A stretch of DNA of 64,000 nucleotides, taken from positions 192,001 to 256,000 of the forward strand of contig JAWLHY010000012.1 in the NCBI GenBank assembly GCA_041690135.1, written 5' to 3'. The notes beneath the pieces are model-generated. The model had not been told where the DNA came from, did no database searches, and worked only from the letters and a program-made list of their open reading frames with translations. The stretch is from Armatimonadota bacterium. Its GTDB lineage: Bacteria; Armatimonadota; SYMT01. Below are positions 63,210 through 64,000 of the stretch, in pieces. The first letter of the stretch is position 1; each line of letters begins with the position of its first letter. Made by a program: the position numbers and the translations under genes.

Positions 63210-63605
63210 TTACGGCACGATGTGCGCGTCCTGGTCGCCGGGGGTGCCTCCAATGCTGCACGTCGGGAGTTCGCCGAGCGTCCCGATCTTGTAGGTCCCG
63301 CCCGCGGGGCAGACGGGGGCATTCTTCAGGTAGACGCCCGGTACCACCAAGTCCGACATCACGGGAGAGTCGGTGTTGCCTTTCTGGGTGTCCATAGCCC
63401 AGCGCTCCTTGGAGCCCAGGATCTGCTTGAGGTTGTGCTGGCAGGCCTTGGCCTGGCCGGACTGCCGGGCGCGGATGAACTGCGGCATCGCGATGGAAAG
63501 CAGCAGCCCCATGATCAGGACGACAATGAGGATTTCCACCAAGGTGAACCCCCGCTTGTGGCCGAGACTTGCGTGGTCGGTGTTCTCTTGGCGAGAGGTC
63601 CTCAT
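63210..63605 (-). CDS. Type IV pilin / pseudopilin-like protein
   Basis: KRG-FTLVEILIVV prepilin cleavage/methylation motif; C..NL..I, CPAGGTY, CS. Confidence 0.92.
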   Translation of the reverse strand: MRTSRQENTDHASLGHKRGFTLVEILIVVLIMGLLLSIAMPQFIRARQSGQAKACQHNLKQILGSKERWAMDTQKGNTDSPVMSDLVVPGVYLKNAPVCPAGGTYKIGTLGELPTCSIGGTPGDQDAHIVP

Positions 63606-63722
63606 CCCAGCATCTCCTGTCTGTTGTGGGCCGGGGTCGAATCCGACCGCCCTCGGCCCGAACTATGGAAGGAATGTGCCGTACTTCGTCTCCCACCTTG
63701 AGACTGGCAGCTTCCGGCCAGG

Positions 63723-63738
63723 TGTGAATTGCCTCACA
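63723..63738. promoter_or_regulatory. CRP/FNR-family consensus site
   Basis: TGTGA-ATTGCC-TCACA, about 120 bp upstream of the pilin-like gene. Confidence 0.5.
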
Positions 63739-63764
63739 CCTCAATCCGGTGCATGGATTCCCCT

Positions 63765-64000
63765 TTAGGGGTGGATATGTTCCCCGCCCAGGCTGCAACG
63801 CGGGCCTTCATTCAGTCGCCCAATAACGTAGGTGCCGCCGGCCGGGCATTCCGGAGTGCTCTTCAGGTAGACGCCCGGCACCACCAGGTCCGACATCACC
63901 GGGGTGGCGTCCGCCGGCCGGTTGTTGTCCATGGCCCAGCGTTCCTTCGCTCCCTGGAGTTCCCGCAGGTTGAACTGGCACCCCGTGTTGCTGGAGTTCT
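63765..64000 (-). CDS. Second pilin-like paralogue, 5' end outside the window
   Basis: Minus-strand translation CQFNLRELQGAKERWAMD...VMSDLVVPGVYLKSTPECPAGGTY...HP*, near-identical to the neighbour. Confidence 0.88.
   Translation of the reverse strand, partial: NSSNTGCQFNLRELQGAKERWAMDNNRPADATPVMSDLVVPGVYLKSTPECPAGGTYVIGRLNEGPRCSLGGEHIHP

Overview
High-GC bacterial chromosome segment; the gene content suggests an Armatimonadota/Planctomycetota-like host, which is inference only. Family names below come from motif recognition by eye, with no database searches. About 1-27.8 kb is an all-plus-strand phage-derived region. It holds a podovirus-type morphogenesis module (scaffold, decoration protein, gpT-like major capsid protein, two head-tail adaptors, nozzle, His-rich repeat fibre, ejection proteins). 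The module ends in a 1790-aa polyvalent protein with a lytic transglycosylase, a zeta-toxin-like P-loop kinase and a C-terminal HExxH domain. No terminase, portal, integrase, replication or lysis gene is recognisable in the window. Arrays of small orphan immunity-like genes and copies of an internal segment of the giant gene bracket the module, intrinsic terminators punctuate it, and host intergenic repeats have colonised it. A 58-aa ORF with its own ribosome-binding site is nested in the +1 frame right after the zeta-like domain and is a candidate embedded antitoxin. Together this suggests a possibly domesticated, virion-delivered polymorphic toxin/immunity system. About 27.9-64 kb is ordinary host DNA (LysR/TrxB-like pair, sulfatase, acs, RPH-like dikinase with two SMR genes, lpdA, GH51, PL10, LacI/DUF4838, BNR protein, icd, citrate synthase, PolB, pilin-like genes). 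It also carries REP/MITE-like repeats, a 48-bp AT-rich palindrome with dif-like 11-6-11 geometry, a DnaA-box-like cluster and a CRP-consensus site.
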